This document shows positions 9,365 to 19,255 of a DNA stretch of 64,000 nucleotides, one piece after another; the stretch's first letter is position 1, and every line of letters begins with the position of its first letter. The position numbers and the translations under genes were made by a program. Under the pieces are notes generated by a model, which had not been told where the DNA came from, did no database searches, and was given only the letters and a program-made list of their open reading frames with translations. Source of the stretch: Polyangia bacterium (GTDB lineage Bacteria > Myxococcota_A > Polyangia > Palsa-1104 > JAEUJZ01); assembly GCA_046351595.1 (NCBI GenBank), contig JAXLYE010000002.1:1432022-1496021 (forward strand), read 5' to 3'.

Positions 9365-10882
9365 TCAGAACCCGCGCTGGTTGCTCGGGAAGTTGCTGGG
9401 CGGATCCGGCGGCGGCGGGCCGCCCTGGCCGGCGGTGCCGGGCTGACTCGGGGGCGGGCTGGGCGCGGCCTCGGCGGGCGGCAGGCCGGATGAGGGCGAA
9501 GGCGACGGCGGCGGTGGCGGCGGCGGGCTGGGCTGCGCCTCGACCGCCGGGGCTGGCGGGGGCGGCGGCGGCGGCAGGGTCGCCGCGGGCGGCGGGCTGC
9601 TGACCGGCGGCGGGCTGACCGCACCCGGAGCGAGCGACGGCGAGGCCCCGGCCTGCACGGCGCCGAGCGAGCCGCCGCGCACGGTGACGCCCTCGGGCGG
9701 CTCCTTGGACGGCCGCGAGCGCGGCAGGGCGATGCTGCCGGTCACCGCGAAGCCGATCGCGCCGTCGGGCCGCTTGCCGACCGCCATGGCGTTGTTGAGG
9801 ATCTCGAACGTCGGCTCGCGCTGCACCAGCTGCGGCGACGGCTTGAAGCGCACGTACAGGTGCAGCTCGGACAGCGGCATGGGGTCGCGCAGCTCGATGT
9901 AGCCGTCGATCGACAGCTCCACGTCCGGCGAGCGCGTGCGCAGCTCGGTGATGGTGGCACGGCCCCGGTCGACCACCACCTTCGCCTGCAGCGTGCCCAG
10001 CGACAGGCGCGGGAACGTCAGGCCCTGCGACAGGAACGGGTCGCCCGGCACCACCAGCTTCGCCTTGCCGTCGCCGAGCGTGCCCTGCACCAGCGACAGC
10101 TCGATCAGGCCCGCAGCCTTGGCCAGGTCGAGCTTCGGGGCGCCCCCGCGCGCCACGGCCGGCGGCGCGCCGGGCGGCGGCTTCACGAGCGGCGCCTTGG
10201 CGTCCACCGTGCCCGAGAGCGTGCCGGTCAGCGGCAGCGGCAGCAGCTGCGCCAGGTACGAAACCAGCCCGAGCTTGATGCCGTCGAGCTTCGCGCTCAC
10301 CTCGCCGCCGTCGTCACCGAGCCCGCCGGCGCCGGTCAGCGAGCCGCCGAAGGCCTCCAGGCGCACGCGCGCCGCCGGCCGCTGCGTGACAAGGTCCATC
10401 CAGCCGATCCGCACGTCGAGCAGGTCGACCAGCATCGGCAGCGGCTTCTTCTTCTCGGCGCCCGCGTCGCCCGGCGGCGGGGCGGCGGTCGGGCTCCGGC
10501 GCGGCACCAGCTTGACGTCGGTCAGCGAGGCGCCCGGCGACAAGAGGTGGACGTCGAGCTCGCCGATGGTCACGTCCATGCCGCTGCCGATGCCCCAGCC
10601 GCCCGAGCCGTACGGCGGCGGGCCCGGCTCCTGCGACAGCTCGCGCTGAAGGCGCTCCTTGATGCGGTCGAGCGGCAGCGACAGGTACAAAGAGAAGATG
10701 AACACCGCGAGCCCGAACGTCCCGTAGAGCAGCGCGCGCAGGACGAGCGGCGGCTTCTTGAGCAGCCGGCGCAGCCGCAGCCCGCCGCGCGGCGCCCCGG
10801 TCGCGGCGGTCATGCCGGAGGTCATCGGATCGGTCGTGCCGGTCGTCATGGCGGGCGTCGAGGTTACCGGAGTCGCCGACAT
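9365..10882 (-). CDS. gspN: Type II secretion system protein N with an unusually long Pro-rich C-terminal tail
   Basis: Last gene of the gspF-N operon. It has an N-terminal transmembrane helix ([18 protein letters not shown]), and GspN-like length and composition for the first ~330 aa, then a PPPPPP-rich tail. Its ATG overlaps the gspM stop (cat at 10880-10882; gspM stop TAA at 10883-10885). Confidence 0.6.
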   Translation of the reverse strand: MSATPVTSTPAMTTGTTDPMTSGMTAATGAPRGGLRLRRLLKKPPLVLRALLYGTFGLAVFIFSLYLSLPLDRIKERLQRELSQEPGPPPYGSGGWGIGSGMDVTIGELDVHLLSPGASLTDVKLVPRRSPTAAPPPGDAGAEKKKPLPMLVDLLDVRIGWMDLVTQRPAARVRLEAFGGSLTGAGGLGDDGGEVSAKLDGIKLGLVSYLAQLLPLPLTGTLSGTVDAKAPLVKPPPGAPPAVARGGAPKLDLAKAAGLIELSLVQGTLGDGKAKLVVPGDPFLSQGLTFPRLSLGTLQAKVVVDRGRATITELRTRSPDVELSIDGYIELRDPMPLSELHLYVRFKPSPQLVQREPTFEILNNAMAVGKRPDGAIGFAVTGSIALPRSRPSKEPPEGVTVRGGSLGAVQAGASPSLAPGAVSPPPVSSPPPAATLPPPPPPPAPAVEAQPSPPPPPPPSPSPSSGLPPAEAAPSPPPSQPGTAGQGGPPPPDPPSNFPSNQRGF

Positions 10883-11512
10883 TTACGGCGCCTCTTTCTC
10901 GCCCTCGGCCTTGGCGTCCGCCTTGGTCGACTTGGGCGCGGTCTTGGGCGCGTGCTCGTAGGTCGACACCGTCATGTCCACCTCGAACTCCTCGTGCTTG
11001 TCGTCGCGCGCGCGGATCGACAGCTGCGTCACCAGCACCAGGTTGCTCGGGTAGGTCTCGAGCCGGTGCATGAACTTGAGCAGCGGCTCGAGCTTGACGC
11101 GGCCGAGCCGCAGGTCCACCGACTGCTGGATGTACTTCTTGCCGATGGGCTCGGGCGTGCGCGGGTTGGTCTCGCGGATCTCGATGGTCGCCTCTTTCGC
11201 CATCTGCTCGAGGAAGCCCGAGAGCGACAGCGGGCTCGAGCCGATGCGCGCGTCGAGCTGCGACTGCCGCGCCCGCGCCGAAAGGTACGGCCCGCGCTTC
11301 TTGGCGATGTCCGACAGCGCCTTCTCCATCGCCAGGTTCTTCTCCTCCAGCGTGTCGATGCGGTCGTACAGCGAATAGGCGCCGAACAGGAACAGCAGCA
11401 GCACCACCACCGCGCCGAGCAGCGCGAGCAGCGACCGCTCGCGCGCCGACAGCCCCTCGAAGGCGTCGCGCAGCCGGGCGAGCGGCGGGAACTTGGTGAG
11501 GATCTCGCTCAT
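10883..11512 (-). CDS. gspM: Type II secretion system protein M
   Basis: 209 aa with one N-terminal transmembrane helix (LLALLGAVVVLLLFLFGAY). It sits between gspL and gspN in the canonical order. Confidence 0.65.
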   Translation of the reverse strand: MSEILTKFPPLARLRDAFEGLSARERSLLALLGAVVVLLLFLFGAYSLYDRIDTLEEKNLAMEKALSDIAKKRGPYLSARARQSQLDARIGSSPLSLSGFLEQMAKEATIEIRETNPRTPEPIGKKYIQQSVDLRLGRVKLEPLLKFMHRLETYPSNLVLVTQLSIRARDDKHEEFEVDMTVSTYEHAPKTAPKSTKADAKAEGEKEAP

Positions 11513-11528
11513 GGTCGCTGGTTCCTTC

Positions 11529-13307
11529 CTACAGGCACGTATTCTCGATCTCGAGCGAGAACTGCTTGACCTCGACCGGCTTGCCGTCGGGCCCGTTGTT
11601 GCGCACGGTCAGCACCTTGCCCTTCTGCACGCTCTTGATGCAGGGCAGCTTCTTCAGCATCTCGGCGAAGTCGTCGACGTACTGCGCCGAGCCGCACGTC
11701 GCCTTGAGGTCGATCTTCTTCGGCCGGATCGACAGGTCGACGACGTCCAGGCGCGCCGGCCCGGCCGCGTTCTTCTCGGGCGCGTTCTTGGAGATATCTT
11801 CCAACAAGTCCAGCGCCGAGAAGCGCGGCACGCTCTTGTCGCCCTTGTCGGCGCTGATCGCGGCGTTGAGCTCGGAGGACACCTGGTGCCCGTCCTGGAT
11901 CTCCTTGCCGAACAGCGTCATCGACTCGCTGGCGAGCTGCTGGCGCAGGCGCTCGTGCTCGCGGTCCAGCACCTTGAGCGTCGCCCACGCCCAGCCGGCC
12001 ACGCACAGAAGGATCGCCGCGGCAAAGCCCGCGAACAGCGGCGCCTTCTCGCGCAACAGCGCCAGGTCCGAGCGGTACGCGAACTCGCCCTTCCTGAAGT
12101 TCAGCTGCGGACCGTCGCCGGCCATCGCCAGCGCCAGGCCCACCGCGGCGCAGCCGGTCGGCCACAGCCGCACCAGCTGCGCGTGGCTGACGTGCGTGCG
12201 CGTCGCCTCATCGATCATGCCGACGCCGCTCATCGAGATCGCGGCGAGCTCCTTGGCGCCCTGCCGGAGCCACGGCGCGCCCGGCGGCGGCAGCAGCGAC
12301 TGCGTCGTGATCCCGAGCTCGCCCTGCAGGAACTCCTCGATGCCGTGCAGGTGGCTGGTGCCGCCGCACAAGAGCAGCAGCTGCGGCGGCCCGCCGTAGC
12401 GCGCGCTGTAGGCGGCCAGCGTCTGCCGCAGGTCGCGCAAGAGCGGCTTCATCGCCTCGCGCAGCGTGTTCTTCACCCGCGCATCGCCGGAGCCGACCAG
12501 GCCGATCTGGTGTTTCAGCTCGGTCGCGCGATCGAGGTCGACGTCGAGCGCGCGCGCCACCGAGAGCGTCAGCTGCTCGCCGCCGCGCGCGATGGTGCGC
12601 GCGAACTGCGTCAGCACGTGCCCCGGTCGCCCCGGCTGCGGCGTCACCGCGACGACGTGGGTGTTGCGGTGGCCGAGATCCAGGACCCACACCGGCCACT
12701 CCGCCAGCGACAGGCTGTTCGGCTGCGGCAGCGTGCGCGCCGCCAGCACCGCCGCGGTCGCGATCGCCGAGACCCCGACCAGCCGCGGCTCGAGCTGCGC
12801 GCCGGCCAGCGCCTCGATGATCTCGCGCACCGCGCTCTTGTCGGCGCTCGCCGCCAGCCACAGCGACGAGGCGTCGCCGCCCGCACGGATCTGCGCCGGC
12901 TGCGCGACCGTCTGATCGACGATCTGGTCGTCCAGGTCCGACATGAGCTGGCCCGCCAGCTCGAACGGCAGCGCCGCCTGCACCTTCTTCGGATCCGACA
13001 GCGGCATGTCGACCAGCCGCAGCGTCACGCCGTCCGAGAGGCCGACCGCGGTGGACTCGCTGCGCAGCCGCTGCGCGGACAGGAGCGTCTGCAGCGCGCG
13101 CAGCTGGCGCTGGCGCAGCGGCTCGGGCTCCGAGGCCGCGCCGGCACCGCCTTCGCCACCGGCCTCCTCGTCGGACTCCGGCAGGGTCGGCGGCGGCACC
13201 AGGGCCTCGTCGATGTGCACCAGGCTCACCGTGCGGAAGCCCTGATCGAGCCGCGCCACCTTCACCGCGTAGCTCCCGAGATCGATGCCGAGAATCGTCG
13301 TCGCCAT
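11529..13307 (-). CDS. gspL: Type II secretion system protein L (actin-like cytoplasmic domain plus transmembrane segment plus periplasmic domain)
   Basis: 592 aa. The N-terminus ILGIDLGSYAVKVARL is PilM/GspL-like, and an internal transmembrane segment is present (LFAGFAAAILLCVAGWAWA). Position matches the operon order. Confidence 0.7.
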   Translation of the reverse strand: MATTILGIDLGSYAVKVARLDQGFRTVSLVHIDEALVPPPTLPESDEEAGGEGGAGAASEPEPLRQRQLRALQTLLSAQRLRSESTAVGLSDGVTLRLVDMPLSDPKKVQAALPFELAGQLMSDLDDQIVDQTVAQPAQIRAGGDASSLWLAASADKSAVREIIEALAGAQLEPRLVGVSAIATAAVLAARTLPQPNSLSLAEWPVWVLDLGHRNTHVVAVTPQPGRPGHVLTQFARTIARGGEQLTLSVARALDVDLDRATELKHQIGLVGSGDARVKNTLREAMKPLLRDLRQTLAAYSARYGGPPQLLLLCGGTSHLHGIEEFLQGELGITTQSLLPPPGAPWLRQGAKELAAISMSGVGMIDEATRTHVSHAQLVRLWPTGCAAVGLALAMAGDGPQLNFRKGEFAYRSDLALLREKAPLFAGFAAAILLCVAGWAWATLKVLDREHERLRQQLASESMTLFGKEIQDGHQVSSELNAAISADKGDKSVPRFSALDLLEDISKNAPEKNAAGPARLDVVDLSIRPKKIDLKATCGSAQYVDDFAEMLKKLPCIKSVQKGKVLTVRNNGPDGKPVEVKQFSLEIENTCL

Positions 13308-13370
13308 GTTTGTTCTGGACCTTGAGCCGGGCGCGCTGCCAAATCGCGCGCTCTCTTTTTTCGATCGACC

Positions 13371-14993
13371 TCAGTCGATGCGGAAGTATTTCCAGGTGCC
13401 GCGGTTGCAGCTCGGGTGGTTGAAGCACACCGGCGTGCTGTTGAAGCTGCGCGCGTCCCACACGCCGCGCACGTGGACCTCGGTGGCCTTGTTGCTGCCG
13501 CGCGCGACGATGCCGGTGGCGTCGATGCGGAAGAAGCGCCGCGTCACCGACTTGCCGCTCGTCGGGGTGCCGCCCGGCGGCGCGCCCGGTGGCAGCGGCG
13601 GCGGCGCGTTCTTGTCGCGCAGGTAGTTGGCGAGCATTCCCGGGCACAAGGGGATCGGCCGCAGCCCGACCGAGGGCCTGGGCGCCGTGCTCATCCCGGT
13701 CATCATCGCCAGCGACTCCGAGAGCTGCGGCAGCTGCCCGATCATCGGGCTGCAGATCAGATCCGACAGCATCTGGATCGAGTCGCTCGCGGTCGTCGTC
13801 TTTGTGGTCGTCGTCTTTGTGGTCGTCGTCTTTGTGGTCGTGCTGCCGGTCACGTTCGGGCACTGCCGCACGTCGACGTTGCACGAGGGGATCGGCATCT
13901 TGCCGCCCATCTGCCGCAGCATCGGCAGCCCGCCCTTCAGCATGCCCGCCACCTGCTGCGCCACCATCATCGTGTTCGGATCGAACACCGCGCTCTTGTC
14001 CGCCGCCGAGGCCGCGATCATCGCCGCCACCAGCGGCCACGAGTCCGGCGAGATCGCCGAGGCCAGCACCTTGCACTCGCTGCCGCCGTAGACCGTGAAC
14101 ATCTCGCCGAAGTTCAGGTAGAAGTCGTCCGAGATGCCGCGCACCAGCAGCATCTCGTCGATGGTGTCGAGGTAGTGGTTGTGCGCCTCGTAGCGGTCGC
14201 GCCCCTTGTCGTAGCGGTCCTCGCTGGCCGAGCCCGAGCCGGTGACGCTCAGCGGATCGAAGCGCATCGGGTCGATGTCCGTCCAGTCGATGACGCCGAG
14301 CGGCAGCTCCTCGCGCTTGATCACCACGCCGTCGCGATCCGGGACCTCGAACATGCGGTCGTAGCGCGTCGGCCGCACCAGGTTGTACATGAGCAGGTAC
14401 AGGTTGCGCTGCAGCTCGCGGTTGGGCGTCACGCCGCCGCCGCAGTTGATCAGGTACTTGCCCTCCTCGGACGCGATCTTGACGTCGAACGAGGTGCCGT
14501 TTGGCGTGCCCATGCCCTCGGCGTTGCCGAGGTCGATGCCGACGAGCGAGCCCAGGCCGTCGCGCGCCTCTTTGTCGCCGCCGAAGGCCTTGGCCAAGAA
14601 GCCTGCGTAGTCCGTGATGACGATGGCGTCCGCCAGGTCCGGCATCACCTGCGCCAGCATGCCCGAGACGCTGCCCTGCACCGCGGTCAGCAGCTGCCCG
14701 AGCTGCAGCCCGGCGCGCGCCAGGTACTCGGCGCGCAGCCTGTCACGGCTGTTCGCCGCGGCCTCGATCTCGACCTGCGTGCTGTACGCGAAGTCGCTCG
14801 CCGTCGCCGCGATCACCGACGTCGTCACCAGCACGATCAGGATGGCGATGCCGCGCTCGCGCCGCGTCGGCTCGCGCTTCGTCAGCCGCTTGAGCAGGAT
14901 CCGCCGCAGCCGCGCAAAGAACCCGGGGCGCGCCGCGGCGGTCGCCGCGAGGTCCGCAGGGTTCGGTCGATCTGCTCTTTGTGCCGTGTCCAT
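13371..14993 (-). CDS. gspK: Type II secretion pseudopilin K
   Basis: The start is taken at the ATG (cat 14991-14993) 8 nt after the gspJ stop. RRERGIAILIVLVTTSVIAATASDFAYST resembles the GspK N-terminus. It contains a TTTKT 15-bp x3 repeat at about 13800-13860. The longer ORF reaching 15302 is read-through. Confidence 0.7.
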   Translation of the reverse strand: MDTAQRADRPNPADLAATAAARPGFFARLRRILLKRLTKREPTRRERGIAILIVLVTTSVIAATASDFAYSTQVEIEAAANSRDRLRAEYLARAGLQLGQLLTAVQGSVSGMLAQVMPDLADAIVITDYAGFLAKAFGGDKEARDGLGSLVGIDLGNAEGMGTPNGTSFDVKIASEEGKYLINCGGGVTPNRELQRNLYLLMYNLVRPTRYDRMFEVPDRDGVVIKREELPLGVIDWTDIDPMRFDPLSVTGSGSASEDRYDKGRDRYEAHNHYLDTIDEMLLVRGISDDFYLNFGEMFTVYGGSECKVLASAISPDSWPLVAAMIAASAADKSAVFDPNTMMVAQQVAGMLKGGLPMLRQMGGKMPIPSCNVDVRQCPNVTGSTTTKTTTTKTTTTKTTTASDSIQMLSDLICSPMIGQLPQLSESLAMMTGMSTAPRPSVGLRPIPLCPGMLANYLRDKNAPPPLPPGAPPGGTPTSGKSVTRRFFRIDATGIVARGSNKATEVHVRGVWDARSFNSTPVCFNHPSCNRGTWKYFRID

Positions 14994-15001
14994 GCCGCGC
15001 C

Positions 15002-15692
15002 TCACATCAGGCCCGAAGACGGCGAGGTGTCCAGGAGCTGCGACATCGCCACCCGCGTCTCGGACAGGAGCCACAGCTCCTCGCCCAGCTCGTCGCGGAT
15101 GCCGAGCTTGACCCGCACCCGCGTCGGCAGCCGGTTCGGGAACCCGTCCGCCTGCGCCGTGCGCCAGGTCTCCAGCCACTCCTTGCGATCCGGGTGGTAG
15201 TACGAGATCTCCAGCCGCACCACGTCGTCGGCCAAGAGCTCCGCCTCGCCCGGGATGTTCTCGAAGCGCTCGGCCTGTAGCCGCCGCGTCTCGCGCCGCC
15301 ACAGGTTCAGCTTGCGCGAGTCCTCCGGATCACGAAGCCCGTAGTAGCCGACCAGCGCGGTGTCCGCCTCCTTGGCGTCCGCGTACAGGCGCTGGTGACC
15401 GAAGTACGAGAAGCGCAGCTCGTCGATGTCCGGCCGGCGCACGCCGTCGAAGAACGTGCGCGGCGTCTGCTCGGTGCCGAGCACGTTGTTGTTCGACAGG
15501 TACGCCATCTGCACGTCGTGCAGGATGCGGTCCATCGCCAGCCGCGCGACGCGGTAGCGCGCCATCTTCGCCTCGACCGCGCGCTTGGACAGAAACGTCT
15601 GCCGGAACGAGGTCCACAACAGCACGGTGATCGAAGACAGGATCCCCACCGCCACCATGATCTCAAGCAGCGTAAACCCCGCCTGCCGCACC
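15002..15692 (-). CDS. gspJ: Type II secretion pseudopilin J
   Basis: Prepilin motif (M)RQAG|FTLLEIMVAVGIL with Glu at +5. GTG start (cac 15690-15692). The 456-aa ORF reaching 16372 is a frame artefact that overlaps gspI. Confidence 0.7.
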
Positions 15693-15762
15693 CGCGACCG
15701 CGCAGCCCGCCGACGAGGAACTGAACGCTCCGCGCAGCGCTCCGTATTCAGCCGCTCCCCGC

Positions 15763-16365
15763 TCACGGCGCCACCGGGATCCGACGCATGTCGGTGTAAA
15801 ACGTCACCACCTCGACCTTCTGATCGGGCAGCGCCGGCTCGTCCCACCACACCCGCACCGTCACGCGCCGGATGCCCTGCTCGAGCATCTCCTTGACCGG
15901 GCCGAGCAGCCCGCCCATGCCGCTCGTCAGGTTCCCGCCCTGGCTCGAGCTGCTCGAGCCGCTCGAGCTCGTGCCCTTGCCCGCCTCGCTCTGCTTGTCC
16001 TGCAACAGCTTGGTCGCCGCGGCCTGGATCTGATCCGCGCTCGGCAGCCGGATCTTCTCGGTGGTGCGCGTCCAGCGGAAGCGCTGAAACGCCTTGTCCT
16101 CGAACTCGCCCTTCTCTTCCTTGACCGCGACGTCGTCCTTGAAGCCCTCGGTGATAAAGTCGTTCTCCTGCTCGATCAGGAGCTTGCGCGCCAGGAACGT
16201 CGCCTGCGTCATGAAGCGCGCGTGCTGGCTGGCCCGCACCGAGCGCGCCAGCGCCAGCGTCAGCCCCGTCAGCGCCACCGACAGGATCGCCATCGCGATC
16301 ATCACCTCGAGCAGCGTGAAGCCCGCGGCCCCCCGTGCCCGTGCCCGTGCTCGCCGCACCGTCAT
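15763..16365 (-). CDS. gspI: Type II secretion pseudopilin I
   Basis: GAAG|FTLLEVMIAMAIL prepilin leader and helix. The size and position are right; the stop TGA at 15763-15765 gives ...MRRIPVAP*. Confidence 0.7.
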   Translation of the reverse strand: MTVRRARARARGAAGFTLLEVMIAMAILSVALTGLTLALARSVRASQHARFMTQATFLARKLLIEQENDFITEGFKDDVAVKEEKGEFEDKAFQRFRWTRTTEKIRLPSADQIQAAATKLLQDKQSEAGKGTSSSGSSSSSQGGNLTSGMGGLLGPVKEMLEQGIRRVTVRVWWDEPALPDQKVEVVTFYTDMRRIPVAP

Positions 16366-17093
16366 GAGCCACCCCGCGTCGGCGTGTCGCGCCCGTCGAA
16401 GTCCTGCGGCGGCGGCAGCCGACCGCTCTTCACCTCGACCCGCCCGGTCAGCCCGTGCACGAACAGCGTGTACTGATCGTCGTCGCTCGGGTCGGTGCCC
16501 AGGTGGATCACCGCGCGCTCGGTGTGCCCGTCGGGGAAGAAGTGCAGGTACGCGTGGCCCGCCTTATACGGCTCGCTCTGGCGCGGCGTCAGGATGTCCA
16601 GCACGTGCACCCGCGACATGCGCACGCTCGGCAGCGTCGTGTCTTTATATTCCGAGAACTTCGGCCGGCGCGGCGACGGCGGCGGCAAGAGCTCCGGCGG
16701 CAGGCCGGTGTCGCGCTTCTCGCTGTCCTCGGCCTGCTTGTCTTCCTTGTCCTTGTCGCGGCCGCGGCCGTTGCGCCCCGACTCCTCGCGCTGCTCGAGC
16801 AGCACCCGCGCCTCCGAGCGCTCCAGCCGGTACGTCTGCTGATCCAGATCGAAGTGCAGCCGGAAGTACGAGCCCGTCGAGATCGCGCGGTCGTAGCTGT
16901 AGCGGATGGCCGCCGCCAGCTTGCCCGACTGCGCCCGCAGCTCGCTCTTTACCAGGCTGCGCACGCCCAGCACCACGCCGCCGGTCAAGAGCGAGATCAC
17001 GGCCAGCACCACCAGCGTCTCGATCAGCGAGAAGCCGGCCTCGGTGCCCGCGCGCGGACCGCTCGTCCGCGGGTATGCCACAGGGCGCGCCAT
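16362..17093 (-). CDS. gspH: Type II secretion pseudopilin H
   Basis: TEAG|FSLIETLVVLAVISLL prepilin motif. It overlaps the gspI start by 4 bp. Confidence 0.7.
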   Translation of the reverse strand: MARPVAYPRTSGPRAGTEAGFSLIETLVVLAVISLLTGGVVLGVRSLVKSELRAQSGKLAAAIRYSYDRAISTGSYFRLHFDLDQQTYRLERSEARVLLEQREESGRNGRGRDKDKEDKQAEDSEKRDTGLPPELLPPPSPRRPKFSEYKDTTLPSVRMSRVHVLDILTPRQSEPYKAGHAYLHFFPDGHTERAVIHLGTDPSDDDQYTLFVHGLTGRVEVKSGRLPPPQDFDGRDTPTRGGS

Positions 17094-17103
17094 GCGGATC
17101 GTC

Positions 17104-17577
17104 CTACTTGTCCTCTTCCCACGACTTGATGTCGTCGGCCGTGCCTTCCTTGCCGTCCTTGCCGAGGCTGACCAGGTCGATCTCCGAGCCGTGCTCGCCC
17201 GGGCACTTGAAGACCAGCGGCCGGCCCCAGCCGTCCTTGGGCTCCTTGTTCAGGATCTTTCGCGTCGCCAGCTCCTGCAGGTTCGGCGGGCACGGCTCCG
17301 ACGACTCGGTCTGCCACTGCACGACCGCGTTCTCGATCGTCTTCATGACGTTGCGCGTCTCCTTCTTGCGCGCGCGCTCGAGGAACGCGAAGGCGCCGAA
17401 GCCGACCGCGCCCATCAGCATGCTGATGATCGTCAAGACGACCATGATCTCGATCAGGTTGTAGCCGCCCTGGCGGCGCGCCTGAAGGCGGCGGGCGTGA
17501 CGGGCGCGCAGGACGGAGAGGACGCGCGCGATCGAGCGGCGCACGGCGCGGGGAAGGGACTGGTTCATCGGGTTCAT
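17104..17577 (-). CDS. gspG: Type II secretion major pseudopilin G
   Basis: GG|YNLIEIMVVLTIISML together with the conserved DGWGRPLVF and SLGKDGKEGTADDIKSW motifs of GspG. The true start is probably internal, since the leader is too long from 17577. Confidence 0.8.
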   Translation of the reverse strand: MNPMNQSLPRAVRRSIARVLSVLRARHARRLQARRQGGYNLIEIMVVLTIISMLMGAVGFGAFAFLERARKKETRNVMKTIENAVVQWQTESSEPCPPNLQELATRKILNKEPKDGWGRPLVFKCPGEHGSEIDLVSLGKDGKEGTADDIKSWEEDK

Positions 17578-17640
17578 GTGCGGATCGCTCCTTGTCGCAA
17601 GGCTGGTCTGGGAAAGCTCACGTGCGGACGCGTCGGGCCG

Positions 17641-18939
17641 TCACTGCACGAACTGGTTCATCTCCATGATCGGCATCAGGATCGAGAAGACCACGAAGCC
17701 GACCGCGCCGCCCATCGCCAGGATCATCAGCGGCTCGAGCAGCGTCGTCAGGCGCCCGACCGCGATGTCGACCTCGAGGTCGTAGGTGTTGGCGACGTTC
17801 TCGAGCATCTGCTCGAGCTGGCCCGAGCGCTCGCCGACCGCGATCATGTGGCAGACGATGGCCGGGAACTGGTTCGAGCGGCGCAGCGGCTGCGCGATCG
17901 ACTCGCCCTCGCGGATCGACTCGCGCGCCTCCTCGACGACCTTGGTCAGCACCGAGTTGCCGAGCACGTTCTTGACGATCTCCATCGCCCGCAAGAGCTG
18001 CACGCCCGAGGCCAGCATCGTCGACAGCGTCTTGGCGAAGCGGCTGACCGCGACCTTGCGCGCCAGGCCCCCGAACACCGGCAGCTTCAGCACGAACTGG
18101 TCCCACTTGTAGCGGCCGCGCGGGCTCTGCTGCCAGCGGCGGAAGAAGTAGAACGCGACGAGCAGGCTCGGGACGAGCAGCCACAGGTAGTCGCTGAGCA
18201 CGGTGCTAAAGAAGATCAGGATCTGCGTATTGAGCGGCAGCGCCCGGCCGGTGTCGGCGAAGATCGCGGTCACCTTGGGCACCACCGTCGTCATCAGCAT
18301 CGACAGGATGAGCACGCCGATGACGGTCATCACCGCCGGGTAGAACAGCGCCGACACGATCTTGGCGCGCAGCTTGTTCTGCGCCTCGAGGAAGTCGGCC
18401 AGGCGCAGCAGCACCGCCTCGAGGTTGCCGGCGGCCTCGCCCGCGGTCACCAGGTTCACGTACAGCTCGTTGAACGCGCCGGGGTGGCGGTTGAGCGCCT
18501 GCGAAAGCGGCAGGCCCTCGTTGACCTGCACCTTGATGTCCGAGAGCACGCGCTTGAGGACCGGATCCTCGCTCTGCTCGATCAGCGCCTGCAGCGACTC
18601 CGAGAGCTGGACGCCGGCGCGCAGCAGCGTGCCGAGCTGGCGCGTCAGCACCGCCACCTCGGCCGGCTTGGCCCGGCTCTGCCGCGCCTCCCACCACTCG
18701 AGCAGGCCGTTGAGGTGCAGCGACTGCAGGAGCTCGGCCACGCCGCCCTGCGCCGCTACCGCCGCCGCGCCGCCGTCACCGGCCTTGCGCGCGCTGGCCG
18801 AGCCCGACTCGCGCACCTCGCTGAGCAGGATGCCGTCGCGGCGCAGCGCCTGGCGCAGGGCGCGCGGGCTGTCGGCGTCCTTGATGCCGCTCGTCGGCTT
18901 GCCCTTTGCGTCAAAGCCTCGGTACTGGTAGACGGGCAT
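17641..18939 (-). CDS. gspF: Type II secretion inner-membrane platform protein F
   Basis: 432 aa with the GspF-type start MPVYQYRGFDAKGK, two T2SSF repeats and three transmembrane regions. Confidence 0.85.
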   Translation of the reverse strand: MPVYQYRGFDAKGKPTSGIKDADSPRALRQALRRDGILLSEVRESGSASARKAGDGGAAAVAAQGGVAELLQSLHLNGLLEWWEARQSRAKPAEVAVLTRQLGTLLRAGVQLSESLQALIEQSEDPVLKRVLSDIKVQVNEGLPLSQALNRHPGAFNELYVNLVTAGEAAGNLEAVLLRLADFLEAQNKLRAKIVSALFYPAVMTVIGVLILSMLMTTVVPKVTAIFADTGRALPLNTQILIFFSTVLSDYLWLLVPSLLVAFYFFRRWQQSPRGRYKWDQFVLKLPVFGGLARKVAVSRFAKTLSTMLASGVQLLRAMEIVKNVLGNSVLTKVVEEARESIREGESIAQPLRRSNQFPAIVCHMIAVGERSGQLEQMLENVANTYDLEVDIAVGRLTTLLEPLMILAMGGAVGFVVFSILMPIMEMNQFVQ

Positions 18940-19043
18940 CGCCTCTCCCTAACACATCGGTCCCGGGCCGTCAGCTGACGGGGCAGCCGTCGGCGCTGGG
19001 TTCGGCCGGTTTGGGCCGTTTTGGCCGCTTTTGGAAAGATCAG

Positions 19044-19060
19044 CAGCAAGCCAGGTGCCA
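19044..19060 (-). promoter_or_regulatory. Sigma-54 (-24/-12) promoter of the gspF-N operon
   Basis: The minus strand reads g-TGGCAC-ctggc-TTGCT, a perfect fit to TGGCAC-N5-TTGCW, about 100 nt upstream of the gspF ATG. Confidence 0.65.
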
Positions 19061-19133
19061 CCGGCCCGGCCGCGCCGATCGCCCGCCACCGACGGAGATC
19101 CGCACCGGGTCGGGCGCCGCCGTCGGCGTCGGT

Positions 19134-19146
19134 CTGCCAATTTGGC
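19134..19146. promoter_or_regulatory. 13-bp perfect palindrome TGCCAATTTGGCA; candidate enhancer (UAS) for the sigma-54 activator, about 75 bp upstream of the gspF -24 element
   Basis: Seen in the sequence. Related copies lie at 23807-23819 and 23848-23860, upstream of the divergent gspC sigma-54 promoter. Confidence 0.5.
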
Positions 19147-19255
19147 ACACGAGGGTGACGGGCCCGCCCCCGCGCCTGCCAAAACGACAGAGCGCAAGCG
19201 ACAGGAGCGAGCCGTTAGCAGCCGTACCGATGGCGCGGCGGCGGCCGCGATCCGC

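Noticed and set aside
15002-16372. 456-aa minus-strand ORF as a single gene
   Set aside because: It is in a different frame from gspI for most of its length. Only its C-terminal 230 aa, from the GTG at 15692, form a pseudopilin (gspJ).
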